Positions 50,185 to 61,706 are shown, counted from the first letter of the stretch. The stretch: DNA of 64,000 nucleotides from Phaeosaccion multiseriatum (GCA_965112735.1 OZ218958.1:2852001-2916000), one strand, 5' to 3'. Translations and numbers: made by a program. The notes: generated by a model from the letters alone, not told the origin.

Positions 50185-51690
50185 ATGGAGGACATACATG
50201 CAAGTATCGCAGCAGTGAGCAGGAAGGAGGAGGCAGTGGAGCAGGCGTTGAGCGCGCAGGGCAGCTACCTGGGGCTGAGCTTGGGAGGAGCAGCACCAGC
50301 AGCGGATGGTGAGAGGGAGGGGATGAGAAAGGAGCTGCTGATGCACCTCCAAGCTTCGAGAGAGGAGAAGAAGCAGCTGAGAGAGGAGAAGGCTCACGAG
50401 AGGGACGAGAAAGTGAAGAAGAAGTCTCAGAAAAGGGACGAGAAGGCGAAAGAGAAGGCTCACGAGAGGGACGATAAAGTACGCGAGATGGAGAAGGAGG
50501 CAAAGTTATTAGACGAGAAGACAATAGAGAGAGGGCCTTGGAGAGAGAGAAGGAGCTGATCCTCCTCCACCTCGAAGTACAACCCTCAGCAGCGCCCAGA
50601 AGCCGCAGCCCCCACAATCCGGACGGTGAGGTAGAGGAGGGGAAGCCAGGGAGAGACAGGAGGGGGGGTAGCAAGCGGCGACGTTCGACCTCCGGAGGAG
50701 AGAGTGGAGATAGTGGACGTCCTACCTCTCATAGCCTTCCCCTTCCTGGCTCGGGCGCCTGTGCAAGCGCCTTTGGTATGGAGGAAGTGTATGGAAAGGT
50801 GATGGAGCTCGTGGGAAAGGGGGAGTAAGCTTTTGTGGCGACGGTGTGCAAGGAGTGGAGGGGTACTACGTTGTAGAGCACGCAGCCAAGACGAGCCAAG
50901 CAAGTGTAGTGGCCTCCATCGATCGTGTGTACTGGGCCAGGAGGCACGGCTACGAGCTTACAGTCGAAACGTTCAGGGCCGCTGCTCAGTATGGAGATGT
51001 GAGCATGTGCAAGGCCCTTCATCACATGGGCTGTCCCTGAAGTGAGGCGGTGTGCGAATCGGCATCGAGAAACGAGCGGCACAGCCTGCGTGTGCTCAAG
51101 TGGCTGCGCTCAGAGGACTCGGCTGACTCCAAGCAGGGGAAATGCCCGTGGGATGGGAGGGTCTGCCGTGGTGCTGCGCAGAGGGGGGACTTGCAACGGC
51201 TGGAGTGGCTTCTGTCGGATGACATGAACGCCCCCTTTGATGCGTATGTATGGCACGGTGCTATTGAGTATGGGCACGTCTCTGCGCTGGCATGGCTGCT
51301 GAACAATCCCAAGGTCAGGGCTGAGCTGGACGAAGCGGGGGAGGGGAGTGGGTGGAGGGGAGGAGCTTGGAATTCTGCCCTTCTCGACCGTTTCGACGCT
51401 CTGCGGTGGCTGCATGCCAACGCGCGTGAGTTCTGTGATTGGACCTTTAGAGTATGCCAATGTGCAGTTAAATACAGCAAGAGCCTGGAAATGCTGCAGT
51501 GGCTCCGCTCAGAAGAGGTGGACTGTCCGTGGAACGAGAGCGTCTGTCCAGAGACCATCAGGAGAGAGGAGGAGGAAGCAGGTGGACAGTGGGACGTCAG
51601 GGGCAGAGTTTTTTTGGGGGAGATCAAGCAGTAGGTGCATGCCAATGGTCACCCCTGGGACTGCCAAGACGGAGGAGCAAGAGCCGTTTT
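50185..51690 (+). pseudogene. Pseudogene of a coiled-coil/F-box-like/ankyrin-like repeat protein (paralogue of 54852-56243)
   Basis: Colinear with the intact paralogue but has -1 frameshifts at ~50520 and ~50862 and stops TAA 50826 (Tyr), TGA 51038 (Trp) and TAG 51632 (Trp). Confidence 0.85.
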
Positions 51691-52382
51691 GTGACTTCTC
51701 GTGCTCGGGGAGGGAGGCAGAGGAACTCGGCGGCGGACGATCAAGGTAGAACAGTTGGTGCTATGTTTCCATCAGGCTGGAGGTACCACCTCACTCGAAG
51801 GAGGAGGAGCAGCTCCCGTAGGTGGAGGAGAAGAAAACCCTCTACAGCTCCTTTTCCCCCTAAAGGGTGCCATACTGACAATTCTCAAACCTGCAATTAG
51901 CAGCCTCTGCCCTCCTCATTTAAGCGTATTAGTTCTTGCCTCCTGTGCTGCATGCTTCATGCTCCTGTTCAAAGTGCTCCTCCGCCCCAAGCGTGATGCC
52001 CTCCAGCCAAGCCCACTCACCCTGTGCCACGGGCGCCCGCCCGTCTTCCGTGTGAGCTGCCTACTGCAGCGCTCGAGCGTCAACCCCATGGGCCCCTCCC
52101 GTGCTGCTCTGCATTGTCCTCGCAACATGTTCATCCCGGCGGCCCTCCTATGTCTCGTTCCTCCGACGGCTTTGTGTGGTGCTCTCTCTGCACACCTTGC
52201 CTCCTTCCTGCCACGCGCTGTCGCCCCCATCGTGAGTGATGGAGACGAACAGCGACAAAGCGGCGGTGCTGATGCTCGGCCGCTGCTTGGGCCTTTGAGA
52301 TGGTCTTGATGCTGCTGCTCAACCTCATCTTCTTGCCACATGCGCAGTACTTTCCCCCTCAACCCAAATGAGAAGAATTAAG

Positions 52383-52468
52383 CAGCTGAAGCCCCTCGGG
52401 GCAGATCTGCAGGCAGCCGGGATCATTGTCCCCCCACCGAACCCCAAGCTTCCTCAGACCAACAGGCA
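52383..52468 (-). pseudogene. Remnant of the 3' end (C-cap) of a FNIP-family gene
   Basis: CTGAAGCCCCTCGGG-CAGATCTGCAGGCAGC...CCCCACCG...AAGCTTCCTCAG matches 47818-47885 (LPADLPEGLQ region). Confidence 0.7.
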
Positions 52469-52545
52469 ACAAACTTGTGCTGCATTCTCTGGGCTTTGAG
52501 GCTGAGGGATGGAGAGGTACCGAGGGTGGGGGGAAATGCTTTCAA

Positions 52546-54690
52546 CTAACCAACACTTTCACATGAGCACAGCGCGTCACTCCCTAGAACCGCCTCTGTC
52601 CGCTCCCCCGGGGATAGCCCCCCGGGGTAGTACAGCCCCCTCCGCGGCCTCTCCCTCTCCCCGCCAGGCCCTGCAAAGTCCACCGGTACAGTGCCCCACT
52701 CAGTGCCCCCGGTGTGGAGAGTAGTGTCCCCCTCGGGGAAGTCCAGAACCTGTGGTGGAGTCGTGAGCATGGGGCAAGGCGCAGGGAGAGAGGATCGTTA
52801 CCCATCTGCTGCCATCCGGGAATATTGGCAGCCCAATGTCTGCGGGTGCCTCGTCCCGCCGTCCGCCCTCCCCTCCCGTCCCCTCTCCTCTCCTCTCCGT
52901 TCGATTGGTGCACGCGGAGCTCAGCTCAGATCCGTGCTCGATCTAACCGCCCCCGCCCCCGCCCCCAGCCACCCCCACCCACGCTCCTCCTCTCCTCTGC
53001 CCTCTCCCCTCCCCTCTTCCCTCTCGCAACTCGCCATAAAGTGAATGTGGGGAATGTCGCTGAAGCCCGTGTTGCCGCTGAGGCCCAGCAACTGCCCCAC
53101 GCAGACACTCTGCCCCACCTCCACACACAAGCCGGGAGCAAGGTGTCCGTACACGGCTGTCTCGGAGGAGAGGAGGGGAGAACAGAGCCCCGCAGAAGGG
53201 AGAGAGAGGGAGAGAGGGGCAGAGAGAGGGAGGGAGGGAGGGAGGGAGGGAGGGGGGGAGGGGGATCGTTCGCCACTCTTCAATGTGTCACACTGTGTCA
53301 CACTGCTACTACCTGGTGTCTACATTCATGTACACACCTTCAGAGCCATCCGTGTGCACAACGCTAACAAAGTTGGCCTTGCCCATCATATCCCGCTGCG
53401 GCCCTCCCTCGCAGCTGTCCCACTTGCAGCCCAGCACGGTGCCGGCTCTGGAGCAGAGGACACGCGTCCCCTCTGGGCACGAGAAGTCAATACTGTGGCC
53501 GTACTTGCCGGTGTGAGAGCCCTCATTGGGGCCTCGACAGCAGTACAGAGGGGCGCCTTTGATGCATGCGTCCGCGTCGTGTGGCAGAGAGATAGAGATA
53601 GAGGAGGGAGTGGGTGTGGTCAGTATGGGAAGCTCTATTGCAGAGGGTGGGGAAGGAGAGGCGGGGGGGGGGTTCGCCTGTAAGGAGCTGGGGCACACCA
53701 GAGTAACAAGGGCAAGAGACCCAACGCTTCCACTTACTGGACCTGAGAGCCTGTCTACCTGTCCCGATCCAACGGTTTCAGCGGTTTCAAGGGAGGCTCT
53801 GGAATAGATCAGTCGTGCCCCTCTTACCTCCTCCCCCGCCTGCTGCTTCTCCTTGTTCTTCTGTGTGGCTGAAGGGGTAGTGGTAGATAGCGGAGGCATC
53901 GTGTGCAGACGTCCTGCAGGCAAGCCACTCCACGTCGACTCGGAGTCCGGCACAGGAGCGCCGCACAGTGGCCACTCTGTGCAGTGTTGTTGCTGATCGG
54001 TCCTCTGTCCTGACACCCCCCTCTGTCCTGACACTCCCCTGAGGGAGGGCGGGCAGGGTGGAGGAGGCACGCAGCAGGTGGAGCGGAGCATCTACTTGTA
54101 GAGGGGGTGGGGGAAGAGGGAGGGGAGAGAAGGGAAGGGAAAGGGCTTAGTTGGCCCTTGTGAGCCCCAAGTGAGCGAAGCAAGAGCCACCTGACCCCAA
54201 TAATGTGCGTGCATCGTAGTTCTGCAGTGGTTGGGGAGAAGAAGGATGTAGCCTGCTTCTTACCTTCGCGGTGGCAAGGACCGTCACATTGGGCCTCAGA
54301 TGGGGCTCCTTTCCGCCACTCCCTGTGGTAGTAGCTATGGTGTGAAGTTTCGCCGCCACTGCATCGTCCGCCGCCCGATGGAGGGGGGGAAGCGACTGGT
54401 CCTACTCCAGCGGCAGACCCAACCGCAGCGGATGGCGATTCTCCAAGCCCGCAGCCGATACACTCGAGAAGCAGCATCGACTCTTGGTGCGGCTGCTCAA
54501 TCCTGGTATGCTCCTCCCCTCCTTGTCCATGCTCACTGGTGGTGTGAGCAGTGTTTGCAGACACTGTCAAGGTCACAGTTAGCCTTGCAGGGAACAAATT
54601 GCCGTTAGTGGCCAGGAAGTGGAGAACACAGGCATCGTGCTCATCCTCCACTATGACCAGCTCTACATTGGAGGGTTTGCAGGTGTCCAT
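52546..54690 (-). CDS. Peptidase M23 (LytM-type Zn metallo-endopeptidase), bacterial-like, 5 exons
   Basis: Exons ~54690-54264, 54091-53828, 53556-53338, 53156-53035, 52749-52546. Spliced motifs HD...Y.YPF, SHTGKYGHSIDF.CPEGT.V..SRAG.V, ANFVSVVH.DGSEAVYGHL, V.VGQ.V..GQLLGLSGNTGFS..PHIHF.V, VPVDF. The last intron has a GC donor. Confidence 0.8.
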
Positions 54691-54851
54691 GCTTCTTGCT
54701 GTCCGTCATACCCTCCCCCTTTCGAAGAGGGAGTGTGGGAGCGCCTTTAAGTGGGCGTGTTGTGCGAGTAGTCGTCGAGGTCTCACAGGTGTCCCCTTTG
54801 TTATTTCATTCTTTGAGGGAAAAATATTTTCCCTCAAGGAAAGCTTCCAGA

Positions 54852-56243
54852 ATGGAGGACACACAGGCGAGCATTGCAGCAGTGAGCCGGAAGGAGGAGG
54901 CAGTGGAGCAGGCGTTGAGCGGGCAGGGCAGCTACTTGGGGATGAGCTTGGGAGGAGCTGCGGGAGGAGGGGGTGGTGAGAGGAAGGAGCTGCTCATGCA
55001 CCTTCAAGCTTTGAGGGATGAGAAGAGGCAGCTAAGAGATCAAGAGAGAGAAAATGCGAAAGAGAAGGCTCAACAGAGGGACGAGGAGGCGAAGGACAAG
55101 GCCCACGCGAGGGAGGAGACGGCGAGAGAGAATGCTTACGAGAGGGGCGAGAAGGAGAAAGACAATGCCTTGGAAAGAGAGAAGGCGCTCCTCCGCTTCC
55201 GCCTCGAAGTGCAGCTAGCGGCCTCCGCTAGCGAAGAGAAAAAGAAGGAATGGGTGGATGGCGCAGGCGACAAACCAAACGAGACAGGCGTGCCCAATGG
55301 TGGATGTGCGACCCTCTCTGACTCGGGCGATGATCGACCCAGCTGTGCAAAGGCCCTTGGTGTGAAGGAGCTGTATGAAAAGGTGATGGAGCTCGTGGGG
55401 AAAGGGGAGTACGCGTTCGTGGCGACGGTGTGCAAGAAATGGAGGGCGTACTACATCGTTGCGCACCCAGCCAAGACGAGCCAAAGGAGTGTGGTTGCGT
55501 CTATCGAGCGTGTGTACTGGGCCAGGAGGCACGGCTATGAGCTTACCGTCGAAACGTTCAGGGCCGCTGCTCGGTATGGGGGAGATGTGAGTATGTGCAA
55601 GGCCCTCCGTAACATGGGCTGTCCCTGGGGCGCGGCGGTGTGCCGCTCTGCAGCTTTGAACGAGCGGTACAGCCTGCGTATGCTCAAGTGGCTGCGCTCA
55701 GACGACGTAAAGGAGGGTAAATGCCCATGGGACTCGAGCGTCTGCGATGCTGCAGCGGGGAGGGGGGACATACAGCTGCTGGAGTGGCTTCTGTCGGATG
55801 ACGTGTATGCGCCCTTTGATGACGGTTTGTGGTGCCATACTATTGGCGGAGGGCAAATCTCTGTGCTGGCATGGCTACTGAGCCATCCCTGGGTCAGAGC
55901 TGAGCTGGAGGAAGCTGAGGAGGGAAGTGAATGGAGGAAAGGATCCTGGCATGCCGCTATGTGCTCCCAACTGGAGGCTTTGCGCTGGCTGCACGCCAAT
56001 GCGTGGGAGCTTTGTGAGTGGGGCACTCGAGTATGCCAATATGCAGTTACATACGGCAAGAGCCTAGAAATGCTGCAGTGGCTCCGCTCTGAAGAGGTGG
56101 GCTGTCCGTGGGACAAGCATGTGTGTCCTGGGACCCGTTGGAGACTTTTTGGCGGCCCTGAGGGACTTGGCATTTACCCGGAAACGTTTAAGATCAAAGA
56201 CTGGGTCCATGCCAATGGGCACCCCTGTGACTGCGAGGACTGA
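54852..56243 (+). CDS. Intronless protein: N-terminal coiled-coil header, F-box-like motif and divergent ankyrin-like (GCPW-type) repeats
   Basis: MEDTQASIAAVSRKEEAVEQAL.GQGSYLGMS header; 'LYEKVMELVGKGEYAFVATVCKKWRAYY' F-box-like; repeats 'AA..G...L.WL...GCPW', typical of algal and giant-virus ankyrin-repeat proteins. Confidence 0.8.
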   Translation: MEDTQASIAAVSRKEEAVEQALSGQGSYLGMSLGGAAGGGGGERKELLMHLQALRDEKRQLRDQERENAKEKAQQRDEEAKDKAHAREETARENAYERGEKEKDNALEREKALLRFRLEVQLAASASEEKKKEWVDGAGDKPNETGVPNGGCATLSDSGDDRPSCAKALGVKELYEKVMELVGKGEYAFVATVCKKWRAYYIVAHPAKTSQRSVVASIERVYWARRHGYELTVETFRAAARYGGDVSMCKALRNMGCPWGAAVCRSAALNERYSLRMLKWLRSDDVKEGKCPWDSSVCDAAAGRGDIQLLEWLLSDDVYAPFDDGLWCHTIGGGQISVLAWLLSHPWVRAELEEAEEGSEWRKGSWHAAMCSQLEALRWLHANAWELCEWGTRVCQYAVTYGKSLEMLQWLRSEEVGCPWDKHVCPGTRWRLFGGPEGLGIYPETFKIKDWVHANGHPCDCED

Positions 56244-56369
56244 AGACCAGAGAGAGGTGATGAGTGACGTCTCCTGCTCGAAGGATGGAGGCGGAGGCGG
56301 CGCCAAATCAATGCTCGGAGTAGAGCCAAGCCCAGAGGCACCGCTTGAAAGGGCAGAGGGAGGGCTCGG

Positions 56370-56822
56370 AAAGAATGGAGCATGGTGGAAACTCCATCTC
56401 CTCCACGGCGCTCGGTACAAAGATTACGTCGTAAGCATTGACCAACTCCAAAAACTCCACATGCTTGACCGAGAGTGGCAACAGTGCCGATACTTTAGTA
56501 GCGAGCCCCATCAGCAGACGTCCGGCGAGCATCAGCGCCTATACGTTGGACAAGGCGCACCGCCCTGACGCGAAAGGATCCCGCCATAGCTATCATGGTC
56601 CGGCTGCCTCGCCCTAACCCTCCCCGACCTTCGAAGCCCTCCCACGGCTCCTCTTCCCCGCGTGGAGGCGGGAGGAGGAGAAGAGGCGGCAGCGAGACGT
56701 TGAGTCTCCTGCCGCTCCCACTGGTGCTGCTGCTACTGCTGCTGCTGCTACTGCTCAAGCATACTCAGCACACGCGCCTAAACCTTTTTCGGCGTTGATA
56801 ACCAAAGCGCGGGAGGTTACCT
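56370..56822 (-). pseudogene. Remnant of the 5' part of a FNIP-family gene
   Basis: Frameshifted matches to the N-terminal domain of FNIP A/B: AACCTCCCGCGCTTTGGTTATCAACGCC, 'AMAGSFRVRAVRL', 'KVSALLPLSVKHVEF', 'VPSAVEEMEFPP'; it stops where the repeats would begin. Confidence 0.8.
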
Positions 56823-57327
56823 TCTCATTGCCTTCCATTCTACTCTCCCTCTTGTTGCAGCGTCACTGCTATGTGGTGAAGAGGGGACTTGCTTCTCACA
56901 AACCAAACAGAAAAGAGAGCGGATTGTAGACTGACTGGTCGAAGAGGGGGGTGAGAATGGAAACACACAAAGGGCAAGGAAATATGAGTGCCAGCTTCTT
57001 AGCATGCAGTTTGAGTGCCAGTTTTTTTTTTTGCTTTTTGACGTTCCAATAACTGTGACTGACCCACCCACTTTCTAAGGCGGAGGGGTCCGGCCAAAAA
57101 GAAAAAAATCCTTGGTAAGAAGGGTAAAGAGGAGGCCAACAAGAGAAGGAACCCTTTCTCTTTCCCTTCACCCACCAGGAGTCGCTGAGTGGGCGCGGCC
57201 ACAGCAGCGGAGAGAAGGCGAATCCTCTGACAGGTGATCTTTGGCCTCCCTGGCCCTTAGCCCCTAACGCCTGCGCCGCTTGCATTATCGCCGCCTCTTG
57301 CCCCTGCTCGCTGTAGCCTCACTCTCG

Positions 57328-60300
57328 ATGTCTGCCATGCTTCCTTCGCCCTGCTTGCCCCCACCCCACCCCCGCCCCTACCCGCGGTCCCCCCCCCCGC
57401 TCCTTCAAAAGATTCAAGATCAAGAGAGCATGATTGAAGGGGAGGTACCTTCCACGGCCGCGGGGCTGGCAGCGCAGCCCGAGGGCACTGTTCCCACGAG
57501 CAATGCGCCAGTAGCCGCAGTGCCGACGGTGACTGAGGACGCGGTGGCGGCTTGTGCTGTCCCGCCGGTGAGCGGCGAGGCAGGAGGGCCGAGTGGAGAG
57601 ACATCCCATCCCGCAGTCCCTGTGCTCAAGGTAGGCGAGGCAAAGGGGGTCTGTGCCCAGGGATCGTACTCTGACGTAGATGGGCCACAGGGCAGCTGTC
57701 TATCCCGGCTCCTGCAGCTCGAGAAGCCCTCCACCCGCACATGGTTCCTTCAAGAAAAAAAGTGACAGTTGAGGGGGGAAACCAGGCACACGGCCACCCG
57801 GTGCGGAACCCCAAGCTCTTCATATCGGTCCCATGCAAGTTCCTATGTTGAGTTAAACCCCCTCCGTCATTCATCTCACTTCCCGCGCCCCTTCGCACCC
57901 CTCCCTTTCCCACTTCCACTCTCACCTCTTTTCCAGCCCGAGGTGTCCTTGCTGGCACCCCCGGCCGCCGCCCCCGCCCCACAGGTCTTCGCAACCCTGC
58001 CGGGAGTAGGCGCAGTCCCCCCTTCGGATGCCGTCATCGTCTCCGAGGCAGGAGTGGCCGCAGCTCAGGCCGCCGCCGCAGCCGCAATGACCGTGCAGCA
58101 ACGCGCCAGCAATGCCGTCCCAGCCCCCGCCGCTGTTCTCGGTGTTGCGGGTAGCAGCGATGGTGTGCTCCCAGGAGCAGGGGCGGTGGTGGGGATGGAC
58201 GAAACCCCTGGAGACAGCCTGTGTAAGAACCCCTGGTCCAAGGGCGAGGACGAGCAGCTGTCTGCGCTGGTTGGGGAGTACGGACCCAAGCGCTGGTCCG
58301 TCATTGCCAAGAGGCTGCCGGGACGCATCGGCAAACAATGCAGAGAGAGGTAAGGAGGGAGGACGCGAGCAGTGTAGGGGGGAAGGTAGTAGTGAGGGAG
58401 AGTGTGGGTGGTGAGAGGGAGAGGTGAGGGAGGACACTACAGCACAACAGATTGGTTCCCGCCCGTCGAGTGGAGGCCCTCAAGGGTATTGAGGGTACTG
58501 TCGATATCTTACTCCTCCTCCTCCTTCTTCTTCTTCTTCTTCTTCTTCTTCTTCTTCTTCTTCTTCTTCTTCTTCTTCTTCTTCATCTTCTTCTTCTTCT
58601 TCTTCTTCATCTTCTTCTTCATCTTCTTCTTCTTCTCCTCCTCATCCTCCCTCCAACAGATGGCACAACCACCTCTCTCCCGACGTCAAGAAAGAGGCAT
58701 GGAGACCCGAAGAGGACGACATCATTTTCAAGCATCACAAGCAGCTGGGAAATCAATGGGCAGAGATCGCCAAGCTCCTGCCCGGCAGGTGGGAGAGAGG
58801 GGGGTAGGGCAGGGTGGAGCAGAAGGGAGGGAGGGGGTGGGGGGGTGGATAGCTGGGCATGGCAAGGCAGCTAACTACGTCATTTCTACCGTTTTTGTTG
58901 CTCTTCCCTGAAGGGTGTGGGCGGGAGGCTGCAGAGTGTATATGATGTGCGCCCACTCCGGCCCAACGGCAGAGGCAGAAAAGAATATTACTAAACACTG
59001 TTTCTGTGTTGTCTCCCTCTCTTCCCCTCCCACTCTCACTCTCTCTCTCCCTCTCCTTCCCCTCTCTTCCTCCCCCACTCTCTCCCCCTACCTCCCCCTT
59101 CCCTCCCTCCCCCTCACTCTCTCTCTTTCTCTCCATCTGACACGAACTCACAGAACGGACAACGCCATCAAGAACCGTTACTACTCCACCATGCGCCGCC
59201 TCGAGCGCCAAGCCACGCGGAAGAACGGAGGCAAGAAACCCTCCGTGTCTCCGACCTCCGCCGACGCCCTCGCCATGCGCCTCGAGCAGTCCCCCTTCTC
59301 CAGCCCCAAGGGAGGTGCCGCCAGCAGCCTCGCAGACGGCTCAGACGGGGTGAACGGCACCTTCTCGTCAGGTGGTAAGGCCTCGGGAGCAGGAGGCAAG
59401 GGCGGCAAGAAGGGGGGGAAGAAAGGCGGAGGGGAGGACGACCCCCTTGTGACGGGCGACTCACGCCTCGCCATGAAGCACATCTCCATGCTGCAGCGCC
59501 TGCTTGCCATACAGGTGCGTGCGTGCGTGTGTGTGTACGCGTCTGTGCGTGTGCGTGTATGTGTGTGTGTGTCTTGGAGAGGAAGGGAGAGACACGAGAC
59601 CCAATTGGGGGGATTGTTGGGTGTGGTGGATCCCAAGCACTTCAACTCTTTCATCGGACTGGAGAAAGAGAATTGAATGTCTCTCTTAAGCGCCCTCCTC
59701 CTCCTCCTCCTCCTCCTCCTCCTCCTCCTCCTCCTCCTCCTCCTCCACCACCACCACCACCCCCTCCTCCTCCCCCTTCCCCTCCTCCTTCCACATGCAC
59801 CCCCTCCTCACCCCAGTGCCTCGACGACGAGGGCCCAATGTCACCCACCCACCCCTACCCCTACTGGCAAGGGCCGGGGTCGCACTTCCCCCCCCCCCAC
59901 CCCCACCCGGGTATGCACAACATGTCCATGCCCCCTGGTATGCTCATCCCTCCTCCGCAGGCCTTTGAGTCTCCTCGGGCGACCCAAGGCTTTCCCGATA
60001 TGTACCATGGTCATCATGGGGGAGGGGGCTACGGCATTGCGAATGGGAAGGTCGGTGGGAGTGCTGGGGGGGGCGGCAGCAGTGGGAAGAAGCTGTCCAA
60101 GGCGCAGGTGCAGCAGATGGAGGAGGAGAAGCAGCAGCGGGAGCACATGGCGATACAACAGCAGCAGATGGAGCGCCTCATGCATCATCAATACGCACAC
60201 CACGCGCAGATGCAGGGGATGATGCCCCCCGGGGACATGATGGCATACCATAGTCATATGGCGGCCTTGGCACGAGCAGGGGAACAGCACCAGCAGGAGC

Positions 60301-61152
60301 AAGAGCAGGAGCAGCAGGGCAGGAAGAAGAAGACGACTAGGAAAAAGGCCGCGGCGGCAGGTGGCAAGGAGGGGGAGGAGGAGGAGGAGCCTGCTGCGGC
60401 GAAGGCACCGGCAAAGAAACGAAGGAAGAACGACGCCAGTGCTTCCAAGAAGGAGGAAGAGGAGAAGGAGACGGTGCGGGTCGGAGACGGTCGGAGCGCC
60501 CCCGCATGGGAACCCGGAAACATTCTCGTCTCCCTCGGACGGGGCGGCAGCAGCAGCGGCAGTACCAACGGCGGGGGCGGCGATGGGGTTGCATCGTTGT
60601 CGCTGCCGTCTTCGGATGTGTCTGCGGAGGGAACGGCCTTCCCCCAAGAGGATGAAGCGAGTGCCAGCGAGCAAGTGGCGCAGGTGGTGGAGATGATGAT
60701 GGAGGAGCTGGAGGAGGGGGGGGATGAGGAGGAAGAGGGAGGGGTGGCATCACCGGAGGGACGGCAGCGCAAGAGGGCGGAAGAGGCCGAGCGCAGCAAG
60801 GCGGCAGCGGTGCAGCTTTGTGTGGTCGGGGCAAAGGTGAGAGGGAGCGAGAGAGAGGGCGGGTTGGGGGAGTGGGGATTAGGTAGATGTGATGGGTGGA
60901 TGGACAAACGGTGAAATCGACAAAAACGGTGAAAGAGGTGGGGCGTGTTTGACGAAATGAATGTTCCGTGGGGTCTCTCACTCACGTCTGACCCTGTCCT
61001 ATCCTCTCTCTCTGTCTCCCCTCCATGTGCCTCCATCCACCCCTCCTGTCTCTTGTCCCTCCCAGCTCAAGCTGCACCCCTGCCGCGGCGATGTGCAGCA
61101 GATGTGCCGAATGTACGAGGAGCAAGAGGTGCTCGGAGTGCGGAAACAGTAG
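57328..61152 (+). CDS. R2R3-MYB transcription factor
   Basis: Exons ~57328 (or 57430)-57630, 57937-58349, 58660-58788, 59154-59514, 59817-60836, 61066-61152. KNPWSKGEDEQL...GPKRWSVIA..LPGRIGKQCRERWHNHLSPDVKKEAW..EED......[25 protein letters not shown]. Confidence 0.92.
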
Positions 61153-61706
61153 CCAAATAAATAGCCCAGCTAGGCCAGTCAGTCAGTCGCTCCTCAAAAC
61201 TGCTGGTCGGTCGATTCAACCACCCCCTTAAGGGAGGAGTAGTAACAGCTAACTTGAAGAAGGGGAGGGGGGAGGGAGAAGAGAGGAGAGAATATAAGAG
61301 GTATGGTAAAGCAGAAGACCAGCTCACCTCCTTCCCGAGCCCGAGCCTGGAGGAGACGAGAAGCCCCCCTTCTCGTACTCGTGTGGAGCAAAAGGACGAG
61401 CAGCAGTGGCAGAGTGGCAGGAGGCCAGAGGGGGAGCAGCAGGGCATTGCATGGGTCAAGGGCAACGATTCTCCTCTTTTGCAAACACGGGGCTTTCTTT
61501 TTTCTTTGCGATGGAGGCGAGGAGAAGAGTGTGACACGCACAAACACACCCTCACTCCTGTCATGCATACAATATACAATATACATGAGTTGGCCGAAGG
61601 GTTTAAGGTTTCAAGGGGCAAATTGGTGTGTTGGTGGTTCGGTCTCACAGAAGGCACCTTCACTTGTGCCTTCACCGCTCTCCTCTCTCTCTCTCTCTCT
61701 CTCTCG

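Noticed and set aside
50826-51634. Stops TAA/TGA/TAG at aromatic positions as A-to-I editing-correctable or recoded codons
   Set aside because: The same copy also has two frameshifts, an intact paralogue exists and other genes use standard stops; ordinary pseudogenisation explains it.
47803-56822. Endogenous giant-virus insertion
   Set aside because: FNIP and ankyrin families occur in NCLDVs, but no viral hallmark gene (capsid, polB, packaging ATPase) or clear boundary is present, and the embedded M23 gene has introns.
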